From: a virus | Direction: 5' to 3' (one strand) | UHGV virus genome: UHGV-1750711 | Length of the DNA: 22,473 nucleotides | Shown here: piece after piece, positions 1 to 7,744 of the stretch | How the letters are laid out: the number at the start of each line of letters is the position of its first letter | Numbering within the stretch: the first letter of the stretch is position 1 | The notes under the pieces: model-generated | Told to the model about the DNA's origin: nothing | The model's input: only the letters and a program-made list of their open reading frames with translations | Database searches by the model: none | Position numbers and translations under genes: made by a program

Positions 1-54
1 GAGAAATCCCTCGCCACCTCTGATGTGTCAGGCATCCTCAACGCACCCGTACTT

Positions 55-78
55 ACCCGCTTCGGCGGGTTTTTTGTT
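55..78 (+). terminator. Rho-independent terminator (ACCCGC-TTCG-GCGGGT hairpin plus T-run)
   Basis: Perfect 6-bp stem ACCCGC/GCGGGT with a TTCG tetraloop at 55-70, followed by TTTTTGTTGT. Probably ends a gene whose 3' end lies at the window start. Confidence 0.7.
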
Positions 79-123
79 GTGGTGGATAAATTAGCTTTTT
101 GTGTACTCTTTTAGCCGTAAGTC

Positions 124-151
124 TTGAGGGACTGACTGTTGTAAATAGAAT
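124..151 (+). promoter_or_regulatory. Putative sigma70 promoter for the 86-aa ORF (-35 TTGAGG, 16-bp spacer, -10 TAGAAT)
   Basis: Hexamers read by eye at 124-129 and 146-151, downstream of the terminator and about 80 nt upstream of the ATG at 232. No other support. Confidence 0.25.
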
Positions 152-231
152 CGTGTTTGCTTAGTTAGCGCGCAGGGAGAAGAGGGATGGACCCTTCAGG
201 GGAACGCTATTAATCTGGAAAATTTCTGTTT

Positions 232-492
232 ATGGATTTCAAGAAGTTGCGCAAAATTTTTAATAAAGATGGTCTCTATGCTGTGCGCGTTGAAAATGGG
301 GAAATTATTAGTTGTTACTGCATTCATTGCTCACGGGCTTTGCAACAGCCTAGTGGGGCTATGTTAATATATCTCTTGAATGGGCATGTGACGGACGGAT
401 TTATGTTGCGTGAAGATGAATTTGTCACATCATTACGGACATTAAAAGAAATTGGATTAAAAGCTGGCTTTTCTGCTTTTGAAGACGATTGA
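232..492 (+). CDS. Hypothetical small protein (86 aa) with a C-x-C-x2-C motif; candidate moron
   Basis: ORF 232-492 sits between a terminator and the nin-type genes. Contains SCYCIHC. Weak RBS; no family recognised. Confidence 0.45.
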   Translation: MDFKKLRKIFNKDGLYAVRVENGEIISCYCIHCSRALQQPSGAMLIYLLNGHVTDGFMLREDEFVTSLRTLKEIGLKAGFSAFEDD

Positions 493-558
493 ACTCATCT
501 ACAATTCAGCGCAGGGTTGACCCCCTGCTGAGTAACACCGTGCCACCGGAGAAAGCCG

Positions 559-1158
559 ATGGCACATATACAACTGATCAAACATACCTCTTCTGGATTA
601 CTGCTCCCGGCAACATCGGAGAGTTGCGAATTCTTGCATCAAATAAAAATAGGTGAGTGGATACACGCTGATTTTAAGCGCGTTCGTAACTACGCATTTC
701 ACAAGCGTTTTTTCAAACTCCTGCAACTCGGATTCGATTACTGGACTCCTGTCGGTGGGGCGATCACCTCTCGTGAACGAAAACTTGTGTCCGGTTTCGT
801 TGATTATCTGTGTGACTCGGTCGGCCGGGAACATACGCCAGCCCTGAGTGATGCCGCAGAACAATATCTGAATACCATTGCGATACGCAGAACCTGTGAT
901 ACGGCATTGCTAAAGTCATTTGATGCTTTCCGTGAATGGGTAACTATTGAGGCCGGATTTTACACCGAGCATTTTTATCCGGACGGTAGCCGTGGACGCA
1001 GGGCAAGATCTATCGCGTTTGCGAACATGGACGATACCGAGTTTCAGCAGGTTTATAAATCCGTACTGAATGTGCTTTGGAACTGGATCCTGTTCCGTAA
1101 ATTTTCCTCTCCGGAACAAGTCGAAAATGTTGCTGCGCAGCTGCTGGAGTTTGCGTAA
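559..1158 (+). CDS. Conserved lambdoid nin-region protein (DUF1367-like, tentative)
   Basis: 199-aa ORF whose stop overlaps the next start (TAATG at 1156-1160). Placement upstream of the Q-like gene fits a nin region; family assignment is from memory. Confidence 0.7.
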   Translation: MAHIQLIKHTSSGLLLPATSESCEFLHQIKIGEWIHADFKRVRNYAFHKRFFKLLQLGFDYWTPVGGAITSRERKLVSGFVDYLCDSVGREHTPALSDAAEQYLNTIAIRRTCDTALLKSFDAFREWVTIEAGFYTEHFYPDGSRGRRARSIAFANMDDTEFQQVYKSVLNVLWNWILFRKFSSPEQVENVAAQLLEFA

Positions 1159-1448
1159 TGGTGGATTTACGTAAAGCGGCTAAAGGCCAGATGTGCCAGA
1201 TCAGAATCCCTGGCTACTGCAATCACAATCCCGAAACCTCTGTGCTGGCGCATTACAGGCTGGCGGGGACGTGCGGAACAGCGACAAAACCACACGATAT
1301 GCAGGCAGCGATTGCCTATAGCTCATGCCACGATTTAATCGACGGGCGGGTAAAAACCAGCGATTACACCAAAGAAGAATTACGCCTGATGCATGCAGAA
1401 GGTGTTTTTCGCACACAAGAAATCTGGAGAAAGGAAGGTTATTTATGA
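1158..1448 (+). CDS. YbcO-like nin-region protein (DUF1364, putative nuclease)
   Basis: 96-aa ORF with the Cys/His-rich pattern (CQIRIPGYCNHNPE ... SSCHDLIDGR) that I recall from E. coli DLP12 YbcO. Coupled to both neighbours by overlapping stop/start. Confidence 0.7.
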   Translation: MVDLRKAAKGQMCQIRIPGYCNHNPETSVLAHYRLAGTCGTATKPHDMQAAIAYSSCHDLIDGRVKTSDYTKEELRLMHAEGVFRTQEIWRKEGYL

Positions 1449-1987
1449 TTTACCCAACAAATACAGGCAAAAGCGGGGAACACCTTCGTCTCACCACGCT
1501 GGAAAGTGTCTGGATTCAGGGAAAACTGCGCATGTGGGGGCGCTGGTCGTATATTGGCGGCGGTAAGACGGGAAATATGTTTAACCAGTTGCTGGCATCC
1601 AAAAAATTGACGAAAACAGCCGTCAATGAAGCCCTGCGCAGGATGAAAAAAGCGGGAATAGAGAAACCTGAGCTGGAAGCGTTTTTGCGAGAGATGATCA
1701 ATGGCAAGCAAAAGACCTGGCTGGCGCATTGTACTGATGCAGAGGCGTTATGTATTGATAGAGTCATAAGTGAGGTGCTGGCAAAACACCCAGGATTGAT
1801 TTGTATCCTCCGGCAACGATATGAAGGGAGGGGGATGACTAAGCGTAAAATGGCTGAATTGCTGAATGATGCACATCCTGAGTGGTGTTTTAGCACATGC
1901 GAAAAGCGAATTGCTAATTGGTTAGCCGTTGCTGAATATGCCCTGTATATTCCCATGCGAGAATCATTTGCTCAAAAAATAGCTTGA
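1445..1987 (+). CDS. Late-gene antitermination protein Q (Q-like family with WGxW motif)
   Basis: ATG at 1445 overlaps the upstream stop (ATGA). The 180-aa product contains LRMWGRWSY, which resembles the WGAW motif of QuuD-type Q proteins. Sits immediately upstream of a terminator, promoter-like region, tRNAs and the lysis genes. The 1325 start in the ORF track is rejected as an overlap artefact. Confidence 0.7.
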   Translation: MIYPTNTGKSGEHLRLTTLESVWIQGKLRMWGRWSYIGGGKTGNMFNQLLASKKLTKTAVNEALRRMKKAGIEKPELEAFLREMINGKQKTWLAHCTDAEALCIDRVISEVLAKHPGLICILRQRYEGRGMTKRKMAELLNDAHPEWCFSTCEKRIANWLAVAEYALYIPMRESFAQKIA

Positions 1988-2071
1988 TTTTTTACGCATA
2001 AATTGCTTCAATTCCGGTATGTTTCGCAAAGCTGTATCGCGAGGCGAACCAAGCGCATGAACTTTACCAGA

Positions 2072-2098
2072 ACCCGCCATTGAGCGGGTTTTGTTGTT
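2072..2098 (+). terminator. Hairpin plus T-rich tract just downstream of Q (terminator or part of a qut/pause region)
   Basis: ACCCGC (2072-2077), loop CATTGA, GCGGGT (2084-2089), then TTTTGTTGTTT. Confidence 0.5.
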
Positions 2099-2129
2099 TC
2101 TGGGGGGCATTTCGTTAAATGAAGCTGTG

Positions 2130-2175
2130 TTGTGCGCAATTAGCTAATAACACGAATCGTGAATGTATATAATGC
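2130..2175 (+). promoter_or_regulatory. Putative late promoter (pR'-like) region with -10 TATAAT at 2168-2173
   Basis: Consensus TATAAT at 2168-2173 preceded by TG-rich sequence; no clean -35. Location between Q and the tRNA/lysis genes matches where lambdoid phages place pR'. Confidence 0.3.
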
Positions 2176-2320
2176 GCTTGTTCCTTCGATGGTGTATTCG
2201 AATAACGGATTACTGAATACAGCTATCCCATTAAGGGAACACCGCCATCTGCTCATCGGGAAGAGCCGACCATCATTTAAGTGGTAGGTGTGAGATTCGA
2301 TACCTCGGTGGCGGTTCTGT

Positions 2321-2396
<76 letters not shown>

Positions 2397-2399
2397 TAT

Positions 2400-2474
<75 letters not shown>

Positions 2475-2749
2475 GCATTTGAAATAAGCCTTATTGTATT
2501 GCAGCACTGGCGTATTTTTATTACGTGGGAGCAGGTTGTTTCGAAAAAGCATTCTGTTCTCTGGCTATGATTTGAGGCCAGGTGTAGCCTCAGTGCTGAT
2601 TTTTTTACGGCAGCAGAATGGTGCATTATCGGTGGAGATTTTGTATTTCCTGGCAGGGCCGGTGATGTGCCATCCCGATGTTGTAAACATCGCTAAAAAT
2701 GACATTGAGATTAATCATATACTAAGCAAAACCTGGAAATACATCCTTT

Positions 2750-2775
2750 ACCGCCTCCACCGGGCGGTTTTTTTT
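2750..2775 (+). terminator. Strong rho-independent terminator (tR'-like) ending the short late-leader/tRNA transcript
   Basis: ACCGCC (2750-2755), loop TCCACCG, GGCGGT (2763-2768), followed by eight T residues. Confidence 0.7.
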
Positions 2776-3160
2776 ATTCTGAACCCTAAAAAAAGAAACA
2801 CGGACACTGATAATGCCCGTGTGGCAATGCCATGTAAGTTAGCGATGAATATGGCGCAAAAAAAGCGCGGCCGTCGGATTAACGCCGCGGGACAAAGTCC
2901 ATGAAGAATCATAAGTATTGGCCCCCTTCTGGGGACATGTTCATACTACTAAGCTTCAGAAGTGGTTTAAATCATCAAATTAACCTTAATTTTCGATAAG
3001 TCTTATTTCATTTCTTTGCGCCACATCTGGCGCGCATCAAATAACGCCACGCAAAGGGCATCTGCGGATGCCGGTGCTTTTGACGGGGTGTTTTTTACGG
3101 GCCGCTGGTGGCCATTTTTTGTTTCCATTACACAGCGCCCGCATCTGCGAGGTGGGGGTT

Positions 3161-3376
3161 ATGAAATCCATGGATAAGTTAACAACGGGTGTCGCCTATG
3201 GCACCTCCGCAGGCAGTGCTGGCTACTGGTTTTTACAGTTGCTCGATAGAGTAACTCCGTCACAGTGGGCTGCAATCGGTGTGCTGGGTAGTCTGGTTTT
3301 TGGCCTGCTGACGTACCTGACAAACCTTTATTTCAAGATTAAAGAAGATAAGCGCAAGGCTGCGAGAGGTGAATAA
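3161..3376 (+). CDS. Class II holin/pinholin, phage 21 S21-like, with MKSM dual start
   Basis: Product [71 protein letters not shown] (71 aa) is near-identical to phage 21 S21 as I recall it. Two predicted TM segments. Stop overlaps the endolysin start. The upstream extension from 3068 is rejected. Confidence 0.9.
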   Translation: MKSMDKLTTGVAYGTSAGSAGYWFLQLLDRVTPSQWAAIGVLGSLVFGLLTYLTNLYFKIKEDKRKAARGE

Positions 3377-3873
3377 TGCCTCCATCATTACGAAAAGCCG
3401 TTGCTGCTGCTATTGGTGGCGGAGCAATTGCTATAGCATCAGTGTTAATCACTGGCCCAAGTGGTAACGATGGTCTGGAAGGTGTCAGCTACATACCATA
3501 CAAAGATATTGTTGGTGTATGGACTGTATGTCACGGGCATACAGGAAAAGACATCATGCTCGGTAAAACGTATACCAAAGCAGAATGCAAAGCACTCTTG
3601 AATAAAGACCTTGCCACTGTCGCCAGACAAATTAACCCGTACATCGAAGTCGATATACCGGAAACAACGCGCGGCGCTCTTTACTCATTCGTTTACAACG
3701 TGGGTGCTGGCAATTTCAGAACATCGACGCTTCTTCGCAAAATAAACCAGGGCGATATCAAAGGCGCATGTGATCAGCTACGTCGCTGGACATATGCTGG
3801 CGGTAAGCAATGGAAAGGTCTCATGACTCGTCGTGAGATTGAGCGTGAAATCTGTTTGTGGGGTCAGCAATGA
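3376..3873 (+). CDS. SAR endolysin (lysozyme with N-terminal signal-anchor-release domain, R21-like)
   Basis: 165 aa. N-terminal Gly/Ala-rich weakly hydrophobic segment ([20 protein letters not shown]) followed by a lysozyme-like domain. Directly follows the pinholin and overlaps the Rz start (ATGA). Confidence 0.9.
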   Translation: MPPSLRKAVAAAIGGGAIAIASVLITGPSGNDGLEGVSYIPYKDIVGVWTVCHGHTGKDIMLGKTYTKAECKALLNKDLATVARQINPYIEVDIPETTRGALYSFVYNVGAGNFRTSTLLRKINQGDIKGACDQLRRWTYAGGKQWKGLMTRREIEREICLWGQQ

Positions 3874-4172
3874 ACAGAGTAACCGCGATTATCTCCGCTC
3901 TGGTTATCTGCATCATCGTCTGCCTGTCATGGGCTGTTAATCATTACCGTGATAACGCCATTACCTACAAAGCCCAGCGCGACAAAAATGCCAGAGAACT
4001 GAAGCTGGCGAACGCGGCAATTACTGACATGCAGATGCGCCAGCGTGATGTTGCTGCACTGGATGAAAAATACACGAAGGAGTTAGCTAATGCGAAAGCT
4101 GAAAATGATGCTCTGCGTGATGATGTTGCCGCTGGTCGTCGTCGGTTGCACATCCGCCTCCGGCGTGGATAA
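3870..4172 (+). pseudogene. Rz: Rz (i-spanin) N-terminal part, truncated by a frameshifting deletion (rzpR-like)
   Basis: [21 protein letters not shown]... matches lambda Rz through ...AAGRRRLHI, then diverges and stops (RLRRG*). The Rz C-terminal homology ([27 protein letters not shown]...) continues in the +1 frame. Confidence 0.7.
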
Positions 4173-4299
4173 TGCAGCCTCCCCCCGACTGGCAGACACC
4201 GCTGAACGGGATTATTTCACCCTCCGGGAACGACTGGTAATGATGCAGGCCCAACTTGAAGGTGCTCAGCAATACATAACCGAACAGTGTTTAAAGTAA
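4090..4299 (+). pseudogene. Rz1: Chimeric ORF: Rz1 (o-spanin) signal peptide and lipobox fused in frame to the Rz C-terminal coiled-coil segment
   Basis: Starts [22 protein letters not shown] (Rz1 lipoprotein signal, RBS AAGGAG 9 nt upstream), then reads [21 protein letters not shown]...EQCLK, which is Rz C-terminal sequence. The Rz1 C-terminus (PPPDWQTPLNGIISPS) lies in a third frame at 4178-4240. Consistent with a ~35-nt deletion near 4155. Confidence 0.6.
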
Positions 4300-4436
4300 A
4301 ATCTTAACTACAATATGATTCATTTTGATGATTGTTTCATAAGGAACAGTGAAGTAAGATCTAAGAGGAGTTAAATTTTATACAGTATAATCATAATATT
4401 GCAGCAAGGTGGTTATAATTGAAAGAATATTTAGAT

Positions 4437-5894
4437 ATGAATACATCTCATGTAAGAGTTGTTACTCATATGTGTGGGTTTCTGGTTTGGCTCTATAGTC
4501 TTTCAATGTTGCCACCAATGGTTGTAGCATTGTTTTATAAAGAAAAAAGCCTGTTCGTTTTCTTTATAACTTTCGTTATGTTTTTTTGCATTGGTGGCGG
4601 AGCGTGGTATACAACTAAGAAATCTGGCATTCAATTACGTACCCGTGATGGGTTTATTATAATTGTAATGTTTTGGATTTTGTTTTCTGTTATTAGTGCA
4701 TTCCCTTTATGGATTGACTCAGAACTTAATTTAACGTTCATTGATGCTCTGTTTGAAGGGGTTTCTGGAATAACAACAACAGGAGCAACTGTAATTGATG
4801 ATGTTAGTTCATTACCTCGGGCATATTTGTACTATCGGTCACAGTTAAATTTTATAGGTGGTTTAGGAGTTATTGTTCTGGCGGTTGCTGTATTGCCATT
4901 ATTGGGTATTGGTGGTGCAAAGCTTTATCAGTCAGAAATGCCGGGGCCATTTAAGGATGACAAACTCACTCCCCGCCTGGCCGATACGTCACGGACACTG
5001 TGGATAACTTATTCTTTATTAGGTATTGCTTGTATTGTCTGTTATAGACTTGCAGGAATGCCTTTGTTTGATGCTATTTGTCACGGGATTTCCACAGTTT
5101 CGCTTGGTGGTTTCTCAACTCATAGCGAGAGTATCGGATATTTTAATAACTATTTGGTTGAGCTGGTGGCTGGTTCTTTTTCCCTGCTATCGGCTTTCAA
5201 CTTCACTCTTTGGTATATTGTTATTAGCAGGAAAACGATAAAACCTTTAATCAGAGATATTGAACTTCGTTTCTTTCTGTTAATAGCCTTAGGGGTGATC
5301 ATTGTTACCTCTTTCCAGGTCTGGCATATAGGTATGTATGACTTGCATGGAAGTTTTATTCATTCGTTTTTTCTTGCCAGCTCCATGCTCACTGATAATG
5401 GTTTAGCTACGCAGGATTATGCAAACTGGCCCACGCACACGATAGTGTTTTTGCTGTCGTCAAGTTTCTTTGGGGGATGTATAGGTTCAACTTGTGGTGG
5501 AATTAAGTCACTTCGATTTCTTATACTTTTCAAACAAAGCAAACACGAGATAAATCAGCTTTCTCATCCCAGAGCGTTGTTGAGTGTAAATGTAGGAGGG
5601 AAGATAGTTACAGATCGTGTAATGAGGTCTGTATGGAGTTTCTTTTTTCTTTATACTCTCTTCACGGTGTTTTTTATACTGGTGTTAAATGGTATGGGAT
5701 ATGATTTTCTTACATCATTTGCAACAGTGGCTGCATGTATTAATAATATGGGATTAGGTTTTGGGGCTACTGCATCGTCATTCGGAGTGCTTAATGACAT
5801 TGCAAAATATTTAATGTGCATAGCTATGATTCTTGGTCGCCTTGAAATTTATCCTGTTATTATATTGTTTTCAGGTTTTTTTTGGCGCTCCTAA
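4437..5894 (+). CDS. trkG: TrkG/TrkH-family K+ uptake transporter membrane subunit (prophage-borne moron)
   Basis: 485 aa starting MNTSHVRVVTHMCGFLVWLY. Multi-pass membrane protein with repeated selectivity-filter-like GxG motifs (SGITTTGATV, VSLGGFST, IGSTCGGI). Markedly AT-rich against its flanks. Matches E. coli Rac-prophage TrkG as I recall it; the ORF-track start at 4419 is a TTG and is rejected in favour of the ATG at 4437. Confidence 0.9.
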   Translation: MNTSHVRVVTHMCGFLVWLYSLSMLPPMVVALFYKEKSLFVFFITFVMFFCIGGGAWYTTKKSGIQLRTRDGFIIIVMFWILFSVISAFPLWIDSELNLTFIDALFEGVSGITTTGATVIDDVSSLPRAYLYYRSQLNFIGGLGVIVLAVAVLPLLGIGGAKLYQSEMPGPFKDDKLTPRLADTSRTLWITYSLLGIACIVCYRLAGMPLFDAICHGISTVSLGGFSTHSESIGYFNNYLVELVAGSFSLLSAFNFTLWYIVISRKTIKPLIRDIELRFFLLIALGVIIVTSFQVWHIGMYDLHGSFIHSFFLASSMLTDNGLATQDYANWPTHTIVFLLSSSFFGGCIGSTCGGIKSLRFLILFKQSKHEINQLSHPRALLSVNVGGKIVTDRVMRSVWSFFFLYTLFTVFFILVLNGMGYDFLTSFATVAACINNMGLGFGATASSFGVLNDIAKYLMCIAMILGRLEIYPVIILFSGFFWRS

Positions 5895-6030
5895 TATATG
5901 GCTGATTTATAATTGTGAGTTTAATATTATATTGACTCACTCATTGATCCAATACCTAACTTTACCAGCAACACCTCCGCCCCAGTAGCACTGGCTGCTG
6001 GGGTGCGTTTTATTCATAAAGCAAGGCTGT

Positions 6031-6819
6031 ATGAGCGAGAAATTAAAGATAGTCTATCGCCCATTACAAGAATTGTCACCGTATGCGCACAACGCCAGGA
6101 CGCACAGTACTGAGCAGGTGGCACAACTGGTAGAAAGTATTAAGCAATTCGGCTGGACTAATCCGGTGCTGATTGACGAAAAGGGCGAAATTATTGCGGG
6201 TCACGGTCGTGTTATGGCGGCTGAAATGCTCAAAATGGATTCTGTTCCGGTCATTGTTCTGTCTGGCCTGACGGATGAGCAGAAAAAGGCGTACCGCCTG
6301 GCAGATAATCGCCTACCGATGAATGCTGGCTGGGATGAAGATCTGTTGCGGATGGAGCTGTCGGACCTAATCAATGCTGATTTTGATGTCTCCCTGACAG
6401 GCTTCGGCCCGACAGAAATTGATGAACTGTTGACGGATGTTTTGCCCGGTACAGGAAATAAGGAGGAGCCGTATACGACGAAAATTGATACGCCTGTTTA
6501 TGAGCCGTCGGGCGGTAAACCGGATATCAGTGAACTGTATGACGATACGAAAACTCAGGAGCTGATCAGCCGGATACGTTCGGCGTCCCTTGATCCTGAT
6601 ATTGAGAAATTCCTCCTGTGTGCGGCAGAACGTCACACGGTGTTTAATTTCAGCAGAATTGCGGACTATTACGCTCATGCCCCCGCTGAAATTCAGTGCC
6701 TTTTCGAGGAGTCGGCGCTGGTGATCATTGATTATCAGCAGGCTATTGAAAATGGATTTGTCCGAATGACGCAGCGCATGGTGGCGATCATGCATAGCGG
6801 GGAGGAGGAATATGTGTGA
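6031..6819 (+). CDS. ParB/Srx-fold N-terminal domain protein (ParB-like nuclease domain protein)
   Basis: 262 aa. N-terminus has ParB-N-like motifs (PLQELSPYAHNARTH ... IIAGHGRVMAA ... KAYRLADNRL). Stop overlaps the downstream start. Confidence 0.75.
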   Translation: MSEKLKIVYRPLQELSPYAHNARTHSTEQVAQLVESIKQFGWTNPVLIDEKGEIIAGHGRVMAAEMLKMDSVPVIVLSGLTDEQKKAYRLADNRLPMNAGWDEDLLRMELSDLINADFDVSLTGFGPTEIDELLTDVLPGTGNKEEPYTTKIDTPVYEPSGGKPDISELYDDTKTQELISRIRSASLDPDIEKFLLCAAERHTVFNFSRIADYYAHAPAEIQCLFEESALVIIDYQQAIENGFVRMTQRMVAIMHSGEEEYV

Positions 6820-7744
6820 TGATTTTTGCGCCTTTATTCTGACTCACGGGCGACCGGACAAAGTTCTGACTTACCGGACGTTGCGTCGTGCTGGCTATAC
6901 CGGGAAAATTTTTATCGTTGTTGATGATGAAGATAAGACACGGCATCAGTACATGGCTGAATTTGGTGAACAGGTGCTGGTATTTTCCAAAGCCGATATT
7001 GCCAGTCGTTTTGACGAAGCCGATAATTTTGGTGACCACCGCTCAATTTTTTACGCCCGTAATGCCTGTTTCGACCTGGCAAAACTGGTCGGGTGTAAAT
7101 ACTTCATTCAGCTCGATGATGATTATCACGAGTTCCAGTTTCGGGTGGATCGCAACTATGACCAGGCCTATTTCCCGATAAGGAAACTGGATGCGATCCT
7201 TTCTGAAATGCTGGCGTATTACGAATCAATACCCGCGCTTTCCATCGCTATGTCGCAGGGCGGGGATTTTCTTGGTGACAATGGCGGCCATGCTTCGTGG
7301 GTGAAACGCAAGGCAATGAACAGCTTTATCTGTTCGGTTGATCGACCGTTCTCATTCATGGGGCGCATTAACGAGGATGTGAATACGTACACGAATCTCG
7401 GTCGCCGTGGTGAATTGTTTATGACGATCGGTGCTGTCCAGTTAGGGCAGAAACAGACGCAGAAAAACAGCGGCGGAATGACCGAGCTGTATCTGGATTC
7501 CGGGACCTACGTTAAAAGTTTTTATTCCGTCATGTATGCGCCGTCGTGCGTAAAAATCTCACTGATGGGCGCCAGCCATAAACGCATTCACCATCAGGTC
7601 ACCTGGAACAACGCTGCAGTAAAAATCCTTCACGAAAAATACAGGAAGAAGACACCCTGCATATTAATGGGGGTGACAAATGATTCCGTATTCGAAAGTC
7701 GAGTCTCTGGCAGCGTGCCGGATGACTGCACAACAAATCGCTGA
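6812..7744 (+). CDS. Putative GT-A-fold nucleotide-sugar glycosyltransferase-like protein (DXD motif); function unknown
   Basis: Strong RBS GGAGGAGGA before the ATG at 6812. Motif order typical of GT-A folds: AFILTHGRP, IFIVVDDED, FIQLDDDYHEF. No TM segments, so not GtrB-like. The last ~20 codons overlap the next ORF in another frame, so the true 3' end is uncertain. Confidence 0.6.
   Translation: MCDDFCAFILTHGRPDKVLTYRTLRRAGYTGKIFIVVDDEDKTRHQYMAEFGEQVLVFSKADIASRFDEADNFGDHRSIFYARNACFDLAKLVGCKYFIQLDDDYHEFQFRVDRNYDQAYFPIRKLDAILSEMLAYYESIPALSIAMSQGGDFLGDNGGHASWVKRKAMNSFICSVDRPFSFMGRINEDVNTYTNLGRRGELFMTIGAVQLGQKQTQKNSGGMTELYLDSGTYVKSFYSVMYAPSCVKISLMGASHKRIHHQVTWNNAAVKILHEKYRKKTPCILMGVTNDSVFESRVSGSVPDDCTTNR

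Noticed and set aside
1325-1444. N-terminal extension of the Q-like ORF starting at 1325
   Set aside because: Would overlap the YbcO-like gene by about 120 nt. The ATG at 1445 forms an ATGA stop/start overlap, typical of coupled phage genes.
598-1956. Minus-strand ORFs of 61-146 aa inside the nin/Q genes (598-864, 916-1119, 1201-1416, 1439-1729, 1516-1956)
   Set aside because: All lie antisense within well-supported, translationally coupled + strand genes. No RBS or independent signal; typical spurious antisense ORFs.
2475-2750. Possible third tRNA (Stx phages carry three)
   Set aside because: No segment folds into a cloverleaf with GG D-loop and TTCRA T-loop by hand inspection. Only simple hairpins are present.
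2494-2904. 136-aa + strand ORF downstream of the tRNAs
   Set aside because: Reads through a strong intrinsic terminator (2750-2775), has no RBS, and has low-complexity composition. The region is more likely non-coding leader.
3068-3160. Upstream extension of the holin ORF (MPVLLTGCF...)
   Set aside because: The extension spans terminator-like hairpins. The holin begins at the MKSM dual start at 3161.
4419-4436. TTG start for trkG given in the ORF track
   Set aside because: The TrkG N-terminus as I recall it begins at MNTSHV (ATG 4437). The TTG is just an in-frame upstream codon.
5026-5241. Alternate-frame 71-aa + strand ORF inside trkG
   Set aside because: Embedded out of frame within an intact membrane-transporter ORF; no support.
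6367-7181. Overlapping ORFs (6367-6795 minus, 6788-7039 minus, 6888-7181 plus) within the ParB-like and GT-like genes
   Set aside because: Alternate-frame or antisense overlaps of the better-supported long ORFs, without RBS.
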